Positions 37,101-50,152 are shown, numbered from the whole stretch's first letter. The stretch is 63,276 nucleotides of DNA, filler included, from Octopus bimaculoides (GCF_001194135.2; 3 parts of 3 records of this genome joined end to end with filler, not necessarily neighbours in it), one strand, 5' to 3'. Translations and numbers: made by a program. Notes: a model not told the origin generated them from the sequence alone.

Positions 37101-38810
37101 AGAACTATCTTAATAGTCTTTTGTATATTGAGAAAAGAAAAAATAGCGTTAAGGTAATTAAATAAAATGAAAATTTGAATGAATGAATGAATAAATGGCT
37201 GAATGGGAAGTCAGCTTGACTGAGCTTGACCCTCCCCAACCTATACTTCCAGGAGATGTTGATGAACTCAGCATTGCCAGTTTTGTAGCGCTGCTGTTGT
37301 TAACACAATTAAATTGCAGTAGCTATTAACGAATCGCTGGAATAGGTCATTTGAACGTGTCGCTTACGGACACTAGTCAGTGCAAATGAAAGGATAGGAT
37401 ATTTCGGCAGTTTGACACGTTTAGTAGAATAGTAATTATTCAAAAGATCACTTTGTTAATACGTTATTAATCGCTTTATCTTTAAATCATTACACTGTAT
37501 TTCTCCAGAACACGATAATTTCATCATAACAATGTCATAAGTACGAGATTTTACATGTAGAAAAAGGATTTCTTTTTGTAATAACTAAATGCAGCTCTAA
37601 TTACAATTTGCTCTCAGATTGTATTAGAGAACGTCGAGTATGGGATTAAGAAACAATAATATTCAGAGAGTCGATGAAACCAAGTATATCCCTGTCCTAT
37701 AAATTTGTATCTTTTACCAACGCGAAAATCCTTATAACACTTGAATCAATAGCTTAGCTGATAAAATGTCTTATTGTATTTAGTTTCGGCACTCTTCCAT
37801 TTATGTAAAACCTATTTAGGACAAAGTGGAGAAATAATTATGTATATAGTTTTTATTTCTTAAACTGGCACAAGATCACAATGTATATGATATGGAGTAT
37901 AGACGAGGGGTGCAAGTTATATTCAAATCCGGTAGGAATTTAAATTTGTTACAGGCTTGCTGGTTTTAGAAATAATATAAAATATTCACTGGTTATATTA
38001 GCATGTCCAACTGGTATGAGTATCTGACAGTTTATTCTTGCTGAAAATTGAACAACTAAATTTAAAGTTAGCATAAATTTTCTCTAAAATGATTTTCCGG
38101 ACCAATTAAGAACTAAGTTTAATTTACTCACAATTTAATGAAATGCTTTGCCAAGCATAATGTTATATCTATTTATATTTCATATACGATATTGAGAGAT
38201 AATTCAAAGGCTAAATTATCCCACATCATTCATGCTCGCTGACACATGCTATTTTATTAGAGCCAAACTACAACCTCAATAGCTCTCTCTCTCTCTCTCT
38301 TCCCTGTATCCATGTATTCCTGTTTTCTTTCTTTCTCTCTCACTCTCTCTTTCTTTTTCTCTTTCTCTCTTTCTCTCTCTCCACCCTCTCTTTCTGCTGC
38401 TGTCCCAGTCTTTTTATAACACATACACATATAATGTATTGGTGTATTTCGTGAAGCACGCACACGCACACACACACACACGCACACACGCACGCACGCA
38501 CACACATGCACACACACACACACACACACACACATACATACATATATACATTCATGCATGCATACATGCATGCATGCATGCAGTACGTAGTATTTACATG
38601 ACATGTGCTATTTACGTGCTATTTACATGACATGTATGCAAATATCCATATATAAATAAAGTAAACCGGTTGAGGTGAGGATGAGTAGATAAGTGGAGAA
38701 GCAATACTATGCAGATAAGCAATCATATATAGCAAAGAGACAACATGTGTTGTTAGCTAAAAGAATATAACAACACAAATATTAGAAGCTTAGCTTAAGT
38801 TTGAATGTTT

Positions 38811-38850
38811 GTTCCGCATGCGTTTTCGAGTTTAAAACACTTCATCAGAC
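38811..38850 (-). ncRNA. Degenerate minimal hammerhead motif
   Basis: GU-CUGAUGA-A-GUG(UUUUAAA)CUC-GAAA-A-CGCAUGCG; cleavage triplet and helix I decayed. Confidence 0.3.
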
Positions 38851-39695
38851 GAGATTGTGTTCTCCTCATCAGACTGAAGTTGAAACTTTAGGAGTAAATA
38901 ATTTACTGATCCGATACTACATGTGTATTTTCATGAGTCCAACTCTCTTCCGCCATTTAGTGTAGGGGACTTAATTGTGCTTTTGCATTTCGGAGATATA
39001 CACCATCTATATGCACACTGTATGCAGCAGTTCTAGATTAAGACTTAGTTGTGTGGAGCTTTTGCCTTTTACATATTTTTCTTTTATTGTTCAAATCTGA
39101 TCTTGATCTTTCTCTGTTATTTTATATCCTACCTTACAACATTTCTATGTAAACGATTTGATACTATATCTTGCCATAATTCTATTTCAATGATCGCCAG
39201 ACGATGGTATTGTTTGCATGCAGCTCTATATCACAAGTATGACGCCCTTTCGGACGTGATCTGCACTTGTACGATCTCCGTATCACTGAACATTCTAAAC
39301 GTTTTTCTGGTGAATTCTTGTGACTCTTATTCCCCTATATGTGTGTAGGTATATATATATATATATATNNNNNNNNNNNNNNNNNNNNNNNNNNNNNNNN
39401 NNNNNNNNNNNNNNNNNNNNNNNNNNNNNNNNNNNNNNNNNNNNNNNNNNNNNNNNNNNNNNNNNNNNNNNNNNNNNNNNNNNNNNNNNNNNNNNNNNNN
39501 NNNNNNNNNNNNNNNNNNNNNNNNNNNNNNNNNNNNNNNNNNNNNNNNNNNNNNNNNNNNNNNNNNNNNNNNNNNNNNNNNNNNNNNNNNNNNNNNNNNN
39601 NNNNNNNNNNNNNNNNNNNNNNNNNNNNNNNNNNNNNNNNNNNNNNNNNNNNNNNNNNNNNNNNNNNNNNNNNNNNNNNNNNNNNNNNNNNNNNN

Positions 39696-39728
<33 letters not shown>

Positions 39729-39818
39729 GAGAATTTACGAAAAAAACAACAACAAACGAGGACAGGTGGTGTAAACAATAAAAGGATGTATTAGTTTAAC
39801 GCTCGGGAATAGAGAAAT

Positions 39819-39855
39819 TCTTTAACGTTTCGAGCTACGCTCTTCAACAGAAAGA
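39819..39855 (-). ncRNA. Second copy of the CUGUUGA-core hammerhead-like motif
   Basis: UCUUU-CUGUUGA-A-GAGC(GUA)GCUC-GAAA-CG-UU-AAAGA. Confidence 0.5.
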
Positions 39856-40199
39856 ATACGGAGAAAACAAGGAGAAAAACACGGAGAAAAAAAAATTGAA
39901 GTACGCGTATATGTGTATATAATATATTCATTTTACTTACTAAAACATCATTCTTTGCACCGACACTTGTGTTGAAAATTCCAAGCAAATAAAGACCTAC
40001 TGATTGTAAGAGCGATTGGAGTTCAGACGAAGATTTGACATTTGTTCAGTACCGGTTGTAGGTGTTTCTGTTACAGGTACAGAGAGACAGTAATCTAAAA
40101 GTCATGCTCTTGTCTGCTACTTGCCCACCTTTGTTTGCAAAAGGGAGTCTTCTACTCTAAATAAACTACCATTTGTAAGTCTCTTGGAATACAACAGTG

Positions 40200-41503
40200 T
40201 CCACGTTCAATCAATACATGGCGGAAAGATTTAAGTAAGATCGAGGAAATTAGCGGTAACATGAAGATCAATAAAAGAGATCAGAATTACATGAACAAGA
40301 AATATCACCTGGTGGAGAAGGGCACTCTAGTTATATCGAACATATTGAAACAAAAGATCAAAGCGAGTGGAGTTAAGATCAAAAGATACGAGGAAAGATG
40401 TCTACAGTTTAAACAAAATCAACTGTTTAGAACAAATCGGAAGCTGTTCTATGAGACTCTTGATGGAAGAAATAAGGAAGAAGCAGAGCTCTCTGATCTC
40501 AAAGAAGCAACTTCATTTTAGAGCAGGGTCTGGTCAGAGAATATCAAACACAACAACAGGGCACCCTGGCTCCATGAAGTGGAAGAAGAATTCAAAGACA
40601 TGGAGGCACAAGAGGACATTATCATCACGTTGGAAGATATTCAAGCCGAAGTTGGTAAGATGAGAAATTGGAAGACAGCTGGCCCGGTCCTAATTCAAGG
40701 TTTTTGGTTCAAAGTTTTGACAAATTTACATCCCAAACTACAAAAACTCCTGCAAGGTTGTGTACATGAAGAAATTGTACCAGAATGAATGGTCAAAAGA
40801 AAGACTGTGTTGATTGAGAAGGACCCAGCCAAGGGTGTTGTGGCCAGTAACTATTATCTGATTGCTCATTTACTTATGATGTGGATGTTTGTGACTGGGA
40901 CAATAGGAAAGAAATTGTATGACCAACTTGAAAGAAATGAACTGCTATTGGAAGAACAGAAAGGCTGCAGGAAGGGATCACGAGGAACAAAGAATCAGTT
41001 ACTGATTGATAAGGCAGTTCTTGGGAACTGCCAAAGAAGGTTGTCAAGCCTATGAATGGCTTGGATTGACTATAAGATGGCATATGATATGGTTCCTCAT
41101 TCGTAGATTCTGAAATGCCTGGAGATAGTCGAGGCAACGAAAAGTTTTATTTATTTCTTCAAAATCGTATGAGAAACTGGAAGACAGTTTTGACTGCAAG
41201 TGAAACAGAATATTGTGAAGAGAGAGGACGAGAAACGTACCACCAAGACCTAGTACTGGAAGTGAAAATTGTCCATAGAGCCTCAAAATTGAATGTGGTA
41301 CCAATTGTAATCAGTGCACTTGGGACCATCTCAAAAAGAGCGATGTTTCGGCATCAAAAGCTGCAAACACAAAACTTCCTAGGAAGTATTCAAATGACAG
41401 CAATACTTTGAACAACTCATGTGTTGAGGAAAGTGTTGCGCTTCTAAGCTGCGACATCCAGCTAAGACGCGACATAGACATAAATAAATCAAGAGAAGTC
41501 AAG

Positions 41504-41505
<2 letters not shown>
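40200..41505 (+). mobile_element. R4/Dong-like LINE, internally deleted
   Basis: ERCLQFKQNQLFRTNRKLFYE; MRNWKTAGP..IQGFWFK; EEQKGCRKGSRGTKNQLLID; then LNVVPIVISALGTIS. Confidence 0.85.

Positions 41506-41571
<66 letters not shown>
41506..41571. repeat. (AAT)n microsatellite separating two R4/Dong copies
   Basis: Directly visible. Confidence 0.95.
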
Positions 41572-42720
41572 GGTAATACTTGGGCAGTATCATTACTTAG
41601 ATACTCAGCAGCTTTTGTAGATTGGACAAAAACTGGATTAGCAAAGCTAGACAGAAGAACAAGGAAGGAATTCAATATGAATGGAAGACTCCACCCAAGA
41701 TCAGGAGTAGCAAGATTATACTTACCTAGAAAGGAAGGCGGAAGAGGGTTAATATCAGTAGAAGACTACCTAGAGTTAGCTAGAATAGATATAGACTCTT
41801 ATGTAGGTAATAGTGAAGAAAGTTTATTGAAAGCTGCTAGAGTCACAGCAAGACATAGGGAAAAAAAAACCCAAACGAAGTTAAAAACCAGAATAAAGAA
41901 CAGAAATAATCTGAATGGCAGGAGAAGGCGTTGCATGGTAAATTCCCAAAGATAGATGCAACAAGTAGTTGTAATGAGACATGAAAAGAAAACTGAAAAG
42001 GGCGTCGGAAAGTTTGTTAGTAACTGCACAAGATCAAGCATTAAGGACTAATTGGATAAAAGCCAAGAGAGACAAAAACAAAGTAGATTTCGAATGGAGG
42101 TTATGCAAATCAAAAGGGGAAAGCGTTACTCACATAGTAAATGAATGTAGCATGCTGGCATAGAAAGATTACAAGAAAAGACATGACAACCTAGGGAGAG
42201 TAATCCATTGGGAGTAATGTAGAAAGCTAGGATTTGAAAATACTAATAAATGGTATGACCACGTACCTACTATAGTACTAGAAAGTAAGAAATACAAGAT
42301 GTCGAGGGGCTTTAACATTCAGACTGACAGAGTAATAGAAGCTAGAAGGCCTGATTTAAAAGTAGTAGATAAAGAAAATAGAAAGTACCAGATAATTGAC
42401 TTTACAGTCCCAAGTGATGAAAAAATCAATATGAGAAGTATAGAAAAATAGGAAAGTACCAGGATCTAGCCATTGAATTTCAGAGACTATGGGTAAAATG
42501 TATCCCGTTAGTCATAGTGCATTGGGAACTATCCCTAAAGATCTTAACAGATGGATAGAGGATACAGGCATAAAACCCAGTTGAGTATAACTCCAGAAAA
42601 CAGTGTTATTAGGGACAGCTAGAATACTTACAGAGGGTTCTTGGCATCTAAGGTTACTTGTTGTAGCCCGATGTTAGGATTTTTTCTTTTCCAACAGTCT
42701 AATCTGTTGTGTATATGTGA
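41572..42720 (+). mobile_element. 5'-truncated R4/Dong-like LINE (RT end, CCHC remnant, RLE, 3' UTR)
   Basis: NTWAVSLLRYSA..LDRRTRK..LHPRSGVARLYLPRKEGGRGL; QDQALRTN; EARRPDL..IIDF..KYQDLA. Confidence 0.85.
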
Positions 42721-43739
42721 AAATAATAACTGATAATTGTGTAAAGAAAGAAAACTTTAAAGAAGAAAAGTACCGCATGAAAGGGGGAAAGATGGTGCTC
42801 CAGTATGGCCACAGTCAGATGACTGAAACAAGTGTAAAAGAATATATATATATATATATANNNNNNNNNNNNNNNNNNNNNNNNNNNNNNNNNNNNNNNN
42901 NNNNNNNNNNNNNNNNNNNNNNNNNNNNNNNNNNNNNNNNNNNNNNNNNNNNNNNNNNNNNNNNNNNNNNNNNNNNNNNNNNNNNNNNNNNNNNNNNNNN
43001 NNNNNNNNNNNNNNNNNNNNNNNNNNNNNNNNNNNNNNNNNNNNNNNNNNNNNNNNNNNNNNNNNNNNNNNNNNNNNNNNNNNNNNNNNNNNNNNNNNNN
43101 NNNNNNNNNNNNNNNNNNNNNNNNNNNNNNNNNNNNNNNNNNNNNNNNNNNNNNNNNNNNNNNNNNNNNNNNNNNNNNNNNNNNNNNNNNNNNNNNNNNN
43201 NNNNNNNNNNNNNNNNNNNNNNNNNNNNNNNNNNNNNNNNNNNNNNNNNNNNNNNNNNNNNNNNNNNNNNNNNNNNNNNNNNNNNNNNNNNNNNNNNNNN
43301 NNNNNNNNNNNNNNNNNNNNNNNNNNNNNNAGAGAGATAGTGGGAGAGAGAGAGAGATTTTGAAGTGATGTAAAGATATTGTATGTTTAGAATAATAAGG
43401 CAGTCAGAATGTTGGATGATTATACATCTTATTTACATTTTTTAGTGCTTTCTTCCGTTATCGGATTTATCAAAAAATGGTTCAAATTTAGATTTCTTGA
43501 CCTTTTTATAAAGAATTTTCTACGGTTTGCCAAGCAAGGGAGAAAAAGGAAGAAAAATGTTTTTGAGAAGGAGGGAGAGGTAAAGCGGCGTGGATTTTCT
43601 ATGGTCACACTTGTTTGTTTCGTACTTAGTGACCTTTTAAGGTGGGGGAAGAATAAGGGGGAAGAATAAAAGAGAAAGGAAAAAGAATTTTTGTAGTTGA
43701 ATTGGTCAAGGTTTTAATTGAAAGACCAGATGTTGACTT

Positions 43740-43870
43740 TCTTCAGGACTTGCAAGTTCTATGATCCCACGCTGATACCAAATCTTGTCCTTCGCAAGGA
43801 AGAACTTTTTCACTGAAGCTTCCACCTCCTGTTGGTAGCTGAAGCGTTTCCAAAATATTGCAAAACTTTT
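43740..43870 (-). mobile_element. Mariner transposase C-terminal relic
   Basis: Manual translation RFSYQQEVEASVKKFFLAKDKIWYQRGIIEL. Confidence 0.55.
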
Positions 43871-44211
43871 GACTCAACACAATATATATATTCTTTTATT
43901 CTTTTCCTTGCTTCAGTCATTTGACTGTGGCCTTGCTGGAGCACCACTTTGAAGTATTTTTTAAGCTTAGTACTTATTCTATTGGTCTCTTTTGCCAAAC
44001 CACTAAGTTATGGGGACGTAAGTACACTAACACCGGTTATCAAGCGGTGTTGTGGGGACAAGCACAGACACACACACATAGATACATACATATATATACG
44101 ATGGGCTTCTTTCAATTTTCGTCTACCAAATCCACTCACAAGGCTTTGGTCGGCCCGATATTATTGTAGAAGACACTCTATCTATGTATCTATCTAGCTA
44201 GCTAGCTATCT

Positions 44212-44264
<53 letters not shown>

Positions 44265-44649
44265 CATATGTGTGTGTATGCATGTCTGCCTGCATGTATG
44301 TATGTATGTATGTATGTATCCGTTGGCTAGCTCCAGGTCTTATGGTCTACGTATTTTTGAACTCTAGTCAATTGGTTTCATTTCTATATTATTTCTGCCA
44401 CCGAAGCCAAATTTGCTAAGTGCAAAATAATATTTATATGAAACGAGGGTTTTATCGAAAGTAATATGGAAGTGAGCATAACTTGTTTTTTAACTAACAT
44501 AGGTTGTTGAAATTGTAGATATTCGTAGAGTAACTCTTCATGTTCTTTATTGCAAGAAAATAATGAGAGAGTTCCAAACAGAATCAACTTACCACCGTAA
44601 AGTTCCTAACGAAAGAAGGGTGAATTCTGTCAAACACCCATAGATGACA

Positions 44650-45550
44650 ACAGGTTATTCACAATGATGTATATCTCTGTACTTTACTCCATTCAATGGT
44701 GACTGACAGGAGTAATGTGTACAGACGGATGAAATTGAAAGAAGTTGAAACCAGCATTGAAGGCAAACCAAACAGTGGGAGACTATCAACTACGAGCACT
44801 GGCACGAAACCCCAGCAAGTAAACAGATTTATTTGCGCGAATAAACCATTCAAAATCCGTCAGCTTGCTACACAACTGGCCTACAGTGAAAATACATTAC
44901 AGAAGATGGTGGAAGGTTTCGGATATTGGAAATTGATTGAAAAGTAGAGACGTTGACAATTGACAGTCAATTTGAAAGATAGAAGTCTACTCTAGAAACT
45001 TTTACAAACCAATGAAGACACGTTTTTTTCCCGATCTGATGAGAGTAGATGAAATGTGGGCAAAGTTTTATAATCCGAAAATGAAGATTCAGTCTATGGA
45101 ATGGTGTCACACTTCTCTAACGCTTAAGAATTTCAACAATCAGTAATAAACTATGGTAACTTTTCCTAAATGTGGCTGTTCCGTGAACAACATATACAAT
45201 GAGAAACTAGAAAAGTTTAAGGAAGCCGTTATGACGAAGAGACCGAACAAGAATCGGAAAATAATCCACATTCGCTTCACACATCTGTGGAAGCAGATCA
45301 AGTAATCGTGAAATTCGGTTGGTTAGGTCCTCCGTCCATTACATCCCGGATCGGGCACTCCTCGACTGGCATTTATTTAGTTCAAGTCTTTGGGAACACA
45401 TATTGATGACACAGATAAGAGAAAGTGGTTGTGAAGAAGTGTGTGTAAAATAGCTCACCTGAATTTTTTCAAACAGGATTCGAGTGTTGTGTCCAAGAAT
45501 GGCACATTATGTCTCGCTTGTGATGGACACTATGTTGAGTAGTAACTTTG
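44650..45550 (+). mobile_element. Degraded mariner element
   Basis: VYRRMKLKEVETSIEGKPNSGRLST; DEMWAKFYNPKMKIQSMEWCH; C-terminal remnant near 45480-45540. Confidence 0.75.
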
Positions 45551-45816
45551 TATAGAAGACAAATTACTGCACAACATATTACTGCACAACATATGCGGTT
45601 TGAACGAATTAATAAAAAATGTTACGCTCACTTTTGCATTATTTTCGGTATAAAACTAGCACTCTACATTACATTTACTAAATACTCTATCTTCAAATTT
45701 TTTCATTTATCTATTAGAGAGACAAATTAATATATGGAGAATCTAAAAGATAGAAAAAGCAAATGTGTAGTGCTTAACATATCGAATAATGTAGATTGTA
45801 TGCTTGTTACAATTAC

Positions 45817-45880
45817 CTTTAACACTGGACGCTACTGATGACATATTAATTATACTTCCGCCGGTTTCCTGCTGAATCAT
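45817..45880 (-). CDS. BDH2: BDH2/DHRS6-like SDR exon (64 nt, phase 0-1)
   Basis: MIQQETGGSIINMSSVASSVK(G); TCATTTTCAG acceptor, GTAATT donor; not in ORF track. Confidence 0.9.
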
Positions 45881-46398
45881 CTGAAAATGAAATGAAAATT
45901 ACAAAGAAATGTTATTTGTCTTCGAGTAGTTTGTAATATTTGAGAGTATTAACGATTCGTTAAATCTCATAGATTTCTATGGTGTAGACATGTATGCTGG
46001 CATTGATCTTCATCCAAGAACATCCGAGTCAGGCGATCCCACTGAAGAGGCTACGGCAAAAAAAAAAAACAAAAAAAAAACGAAACTGACCCATCAATCA
46101 GGGAATATCTCGACCGCTGCTTTTCGAGTGATTACAGTCCCAGTCAGCATGTATGTATACTATTATGTGCTTTGACTGCATCGTTAGGGTGTTAAGCTGT
46201 TATGTCTAGCAATGTAGGTGTCTCTTATATCCTCAGTCATATTTAATGACTGTTATGGTTTTCCGTTTTGGTACACATAGCTTACAGTTACAACAGCCTA
46301 CATTAATTATATATATATATATATATATTAGGATTTACTTTTCGTACTGAGATAAAAAAAAAACAAGGCTGTGTGCATAATAGAACATTTATAAATAG

Positions 46399-46446
46399 GT
46401 CTTACAGCTGTTTCCAGGATATTTATTATATCCCTTCATCGGAGAC
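46399..46446 (-). ncRNA. Minimal hammerhead motif (CCGAUGA core), left arm
   Basis: GUCU-CCGAUGA-A-GGGAUAU(AAUAA)AUAUCCU-G-GAAA-CAGCUG-UA-AGAC. Confidence 0.6.
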
Positions 46447-46950
46447 AGTGTGAGAGGATGGTTAAGCAATAGTTAATTTAGATAAGATAGGAAATAGAGA
46501 GTGAATGCAGGGATATTGTATTTGTAAATCCATTGTTTAGGCAGAATAGTATACATATTAGATACCAATACCTTGTGAGTAAAATCCAATAGTCTTTAAG
46601 ATTGGTTATTGCATTTGTAAATCCATTATTAAGATTCCAATACCCTATGAGTAAAATCCAACAGTCTTTGAAATTGGTCATTCCAAATACAGAGTATATA
46701 CACAGTGTTATTAAATAAAGGGTTCTGTTTAAAGTGACCTAAAAGTAGGGAATGTATTAGTATCTTAATAATGGATTTACAAATACAATGACCAATCTTA
46801 AAGACTATTGGATTTTACTCACAAGGTATTGGTATCTAATATGTATACTATTCTGCCCAAACAATGGATTTACAAATACAATATCCCTGCATTCACTCTC
46901 TATTTCCTATCTTATCTAAATTAACTATTGCTTAACCATCCTCTCACACC

Positions 46951-46998
46951 GTCTCCGATGAAGGGATATAATAAATATCCTGGAAACAGCTGTAAGAC
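46951..46998 (+). ncRNA. Minimal hammerhead motif (CCGAUGA core), right arm
   Basis: Identical 48-nt motif on the opposite strand. Confidence 0.6.
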
Positions 46999-47409
46999 CT
47001 ATTTATAAACGTTCTATAATGCACACAGCCTTGGTTTTTTAATCTCATTACGAAATGTAAATCCTTATATTCACACGCTGATAAATGACCTACGTTGGAC
47101 CCCTTATNNNNNNNNNNNNNNNNNNNNNNNNNNNNNNNNNNNNNNNNNNNNNNNNNNNNNNNNNNNNNNNNNNNNNNNNNNNNNNNNNNNNNNNNNNNNN
47201 NNNNNNNNNNNNNNNNNNNNNNNNNNNNNNNNNNNNNNNNNNNNNNNNNNNNNNNNNNNNNNNNNNNNNNNNNNNNNNNNNNNNNNNNNNNNNNNNNNNN
47301 NNNNNNNNNNNNNNNNNNNNNNNNNNNNNNNNNNNNNNNNNNNNNNNNNNNNNNNNNNNNNNNNNNNNNNNNNNNNNNNNNNNNNNNNNNNNNNNNNNNN
47401 NNNNNTGTG

Positions 47410-47440
<31 letters not shown>

Positions 47441-47732
47441 GCATGCATGTATGTGTGTATATGTTTGTGTGTCTGTGTTTGTCACACCCCCCAACATTGC
47501 TTGACAACCGATGATGGTGTGTTTACGTCCCCGTAATTTAGCGTTTCGACATAAGAGACAGATAGAATAAGTACTAGGCTTACAAAGAATAAGTCCTGGG
47601 GTCAATTTGCTCGACTAAAGGCGGTGCTCCAGCATGGCAACAGTCAAATGACTGAAACAAGTAAAAGAGTAAAGAGAGTAAAAGAGAGTATATAACAAAA
47701 GAAGGGGTTGTATTTCCACGTAGGAAAAATAT

Positions 47733-49721
47733 AGGTAAATTTGTTGTTGAAAAGGTACCTAGATTTGAAAAACTTGTAATTGTTTAAAGTAAATTTGTTT
47801 ACATATATACCAAACTAGTTTCAACAATATTTTTTGTTTATCAATGGTAAAATTTAGAATTGTGAGTTAGAAAAACGTTAAAAAATTTCGACGTTGACAA
47901 GTTTAAATGTTCATAAAAGTTAATAATATTACAACTGTGCACCAATTTGTTTGGATGTACAAAGCTCATTAGTGGTAGTGATCGACAAGAAATTAATATC
48001 ATCAAAGTTTAAGTCATACTGAGTTAAAAGGGGAAAAAGCAAGGGAGAAACGGATAGTAAAAAAAAGGGATTTGGTTTACAGCTTCTCTGATCCTCTTTC
48101 TGTCGTGTGTAGCAACTTTCGCTTGTTTTGGTGAATGATGTTGTACGCTTCCATGTTCTTCGGATTGTGTGTTGTCGTAACTCTCGGGCGTCTATCATTT
48201 TTGCACATTCTATTACCTTTTTGATTACAGTGACTAGCATACAACATCATCCACCAAAACATGCCACTCCTTATGAAGGACCTGCGGATGAAAAAGGCAC
48301 TGGAAACACATAGGGTCATTAAAACTAAGAGACAACCGCAATCCATAAAAAAGTTAGTCACCAGCACCAAATTACCCACCAAAATTACAATCCCACCAGT
48401 CAAAAAGTTCAACCTCACTAACTGCGGAACTTGCATCTTCCTCTTAGAGGGCTCAACATACAAATTTAAGTCAGGTCAAACTTTTATTATAAAAAAAATC
48501 ACTTCACCTGTGCTTCGAAGAACTTAATCTATGTTCTCAAATGTGGAGGGTGTGGTGGAGACTACATAGGTCAAACTAGTTTAACCTTGAGGGACAGACT
48601 AACGGTGCACAGGCAACAAATCTGGGATTCCACGACTAGGAAAATTCCCATAAGCAAACACCTTGACCAATGTTCCGTAAAAATAAACCCGAAATACCAA
48701 ATCTTCCCTCTCTAAACATGCTTCCCTTCCATAAACGCTTCAACCCAATTCAGTTTAAATAAGGAAGGCATACTCATTAAAAAAATATAAACCACAGCTG
48801 AATATCCTTTAGAAAGAAGTAAAAACACTACAGAGAAAAAGGAAAAAAGACTCAATTTTTCCACAAAAAACAACCAGGAACAACAAACAATTTAAAAAAC
48901 TTTAGTGACAGTCTTCTACCCGGGTTTCGAAACCGCAACTCCAAATCACCATACAATAACGCCATACAAACACCAGATTTCGACATCACCTATCTCTAGA
49001 CCAATGAAATTTTACAAACACCAGTTGCTGACGTTACCTAACTCTAGACCAATCAAAACCGAACTTCAGCAAATACAACAAAATGACCCTTTAAGAGAAT
49101 CAACCAACCGGAACGACTGATGACCAGCCAGCCAGAACGACAAACTTGACCACAGGAAAAACAAGACGTCAACAGTACTTTAATGAAGCAAAAATCAGTT
49201 CCGCTCGCGGAAAAAATTATAAATACACCAGATTCCAAGACACACCAATACAAGCGAAAGTTCCTACACACGAGGGAAAGAGGATCGAAGAAATTGTAAA
49301 CCAAATCGCTTTTATTTTACTATCTTCATTTCTCCCTTGTTTTCCCCTCTTAACTCAGTATGACGAAACTTTGATGATATTCATTTCTTGTCTATCACTA
49401 CTAACACTAATGAGCTTTGTACATTCAGACAAATTCATGCACAGTTGTAATATTATTAACTGTAATGAACATTTAAACTTGTCGACATCAACATTTTTAA
49501 ACATGTTTTTCTAATTTATAATTCTAAATTTGTCTGTTATGAACATTTAAACTTGTCAACATTGAAATTTTTAAATATGTTTTTCTAATTCATAATTCTA
49601 AATTTTTAACATTGATAAACAAGAAATATTGTTGAAACTAGTTTGGTATATATGTAAATAAATTTATTTTAAACAATTACAAGTTTTTCAAAGTTAGGTG
49701 CATTTTCAACAACAGATTTGC

Positions 49722-49723
<2 letters not shown>
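47733..49723 (+). mobile_element. Penelope-like element: GIY-YIG relic bracketed by ~400-bp inverted copies of its 3' tail
   Basis: NCGTCIFL..FTCASKNLIYVLKCGGCGGDYIGQTSLTLRDRLTVHRQQI..KHLDQC; 47733-48130 is reverse-complementary to about 49240-49723. Confidence 0.85.
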
Positions 49724-49758
<35 letters not shown>

Positions 49759-49765
49759 CATATGC

Positions 49766-50152
49766 ATATAAAGTTATAAATGGGAGAGAAATATTATAAT
49801 GAACATTATTCAAGAATAAACATCAAAATATCACGACAAATTTGTTTCAGTAGTCCCAAAACATGTAAATAGCTCATATTATCGTATTTAATAACAAATA
49901 AGTTTATTGAAGGTAATGCAGAAAAAAGTTAATCGTTAAATCCACCGTCTCGACTTAATGTGTAAAATTGAGAAAGTGTATTTAGTAGCCCAAATTCTGT
50001 ATTATCTTCAATGAACTTTTCGCATTACGCATTAATGCAGACATGTACGTACCCTATTTATGAGCTATTTACTGAAACAAATTGTGATATTTTGATGTTT
50101 ATTGTTAGATAAAGTTCATCATACTATTTCTCCATCATTTATATCTTTATAT
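49766..50152. mobile_element. AT-rich MITE-like fold-back
   Basis: About 100-bp imperfect terminal inverted repeats plus an inner inverted pair at about 49905 / 49995. Confidence 0.65.

Larger units (their letters stand above)
46326..47070. mobile_element. Near-perfect fold-back, ~320-bp arms (46326-46648 / 46746-47070)
   Basis: Arms reverse-complementary with few substitutions by eye; each arm carries a hammerhead motif. Confidence 0.9.

Noticed and set aside
45030-45060. CTGATGA-GAGTAGAT-GAAA
   Set aside because: It falls in mariner coding sequence, with no helix I or II pairing.
46035-46100. CTGAAGA...GAAAC with possible helix III CTGA/TCAG
   Set aside because: Helix II is replaced by poly-A and there is no NUH triplet.
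49115-49150. CTGATGA in the Penelope 3' region
   Set aside because: No GAAA or helix pairing follows in this copy.
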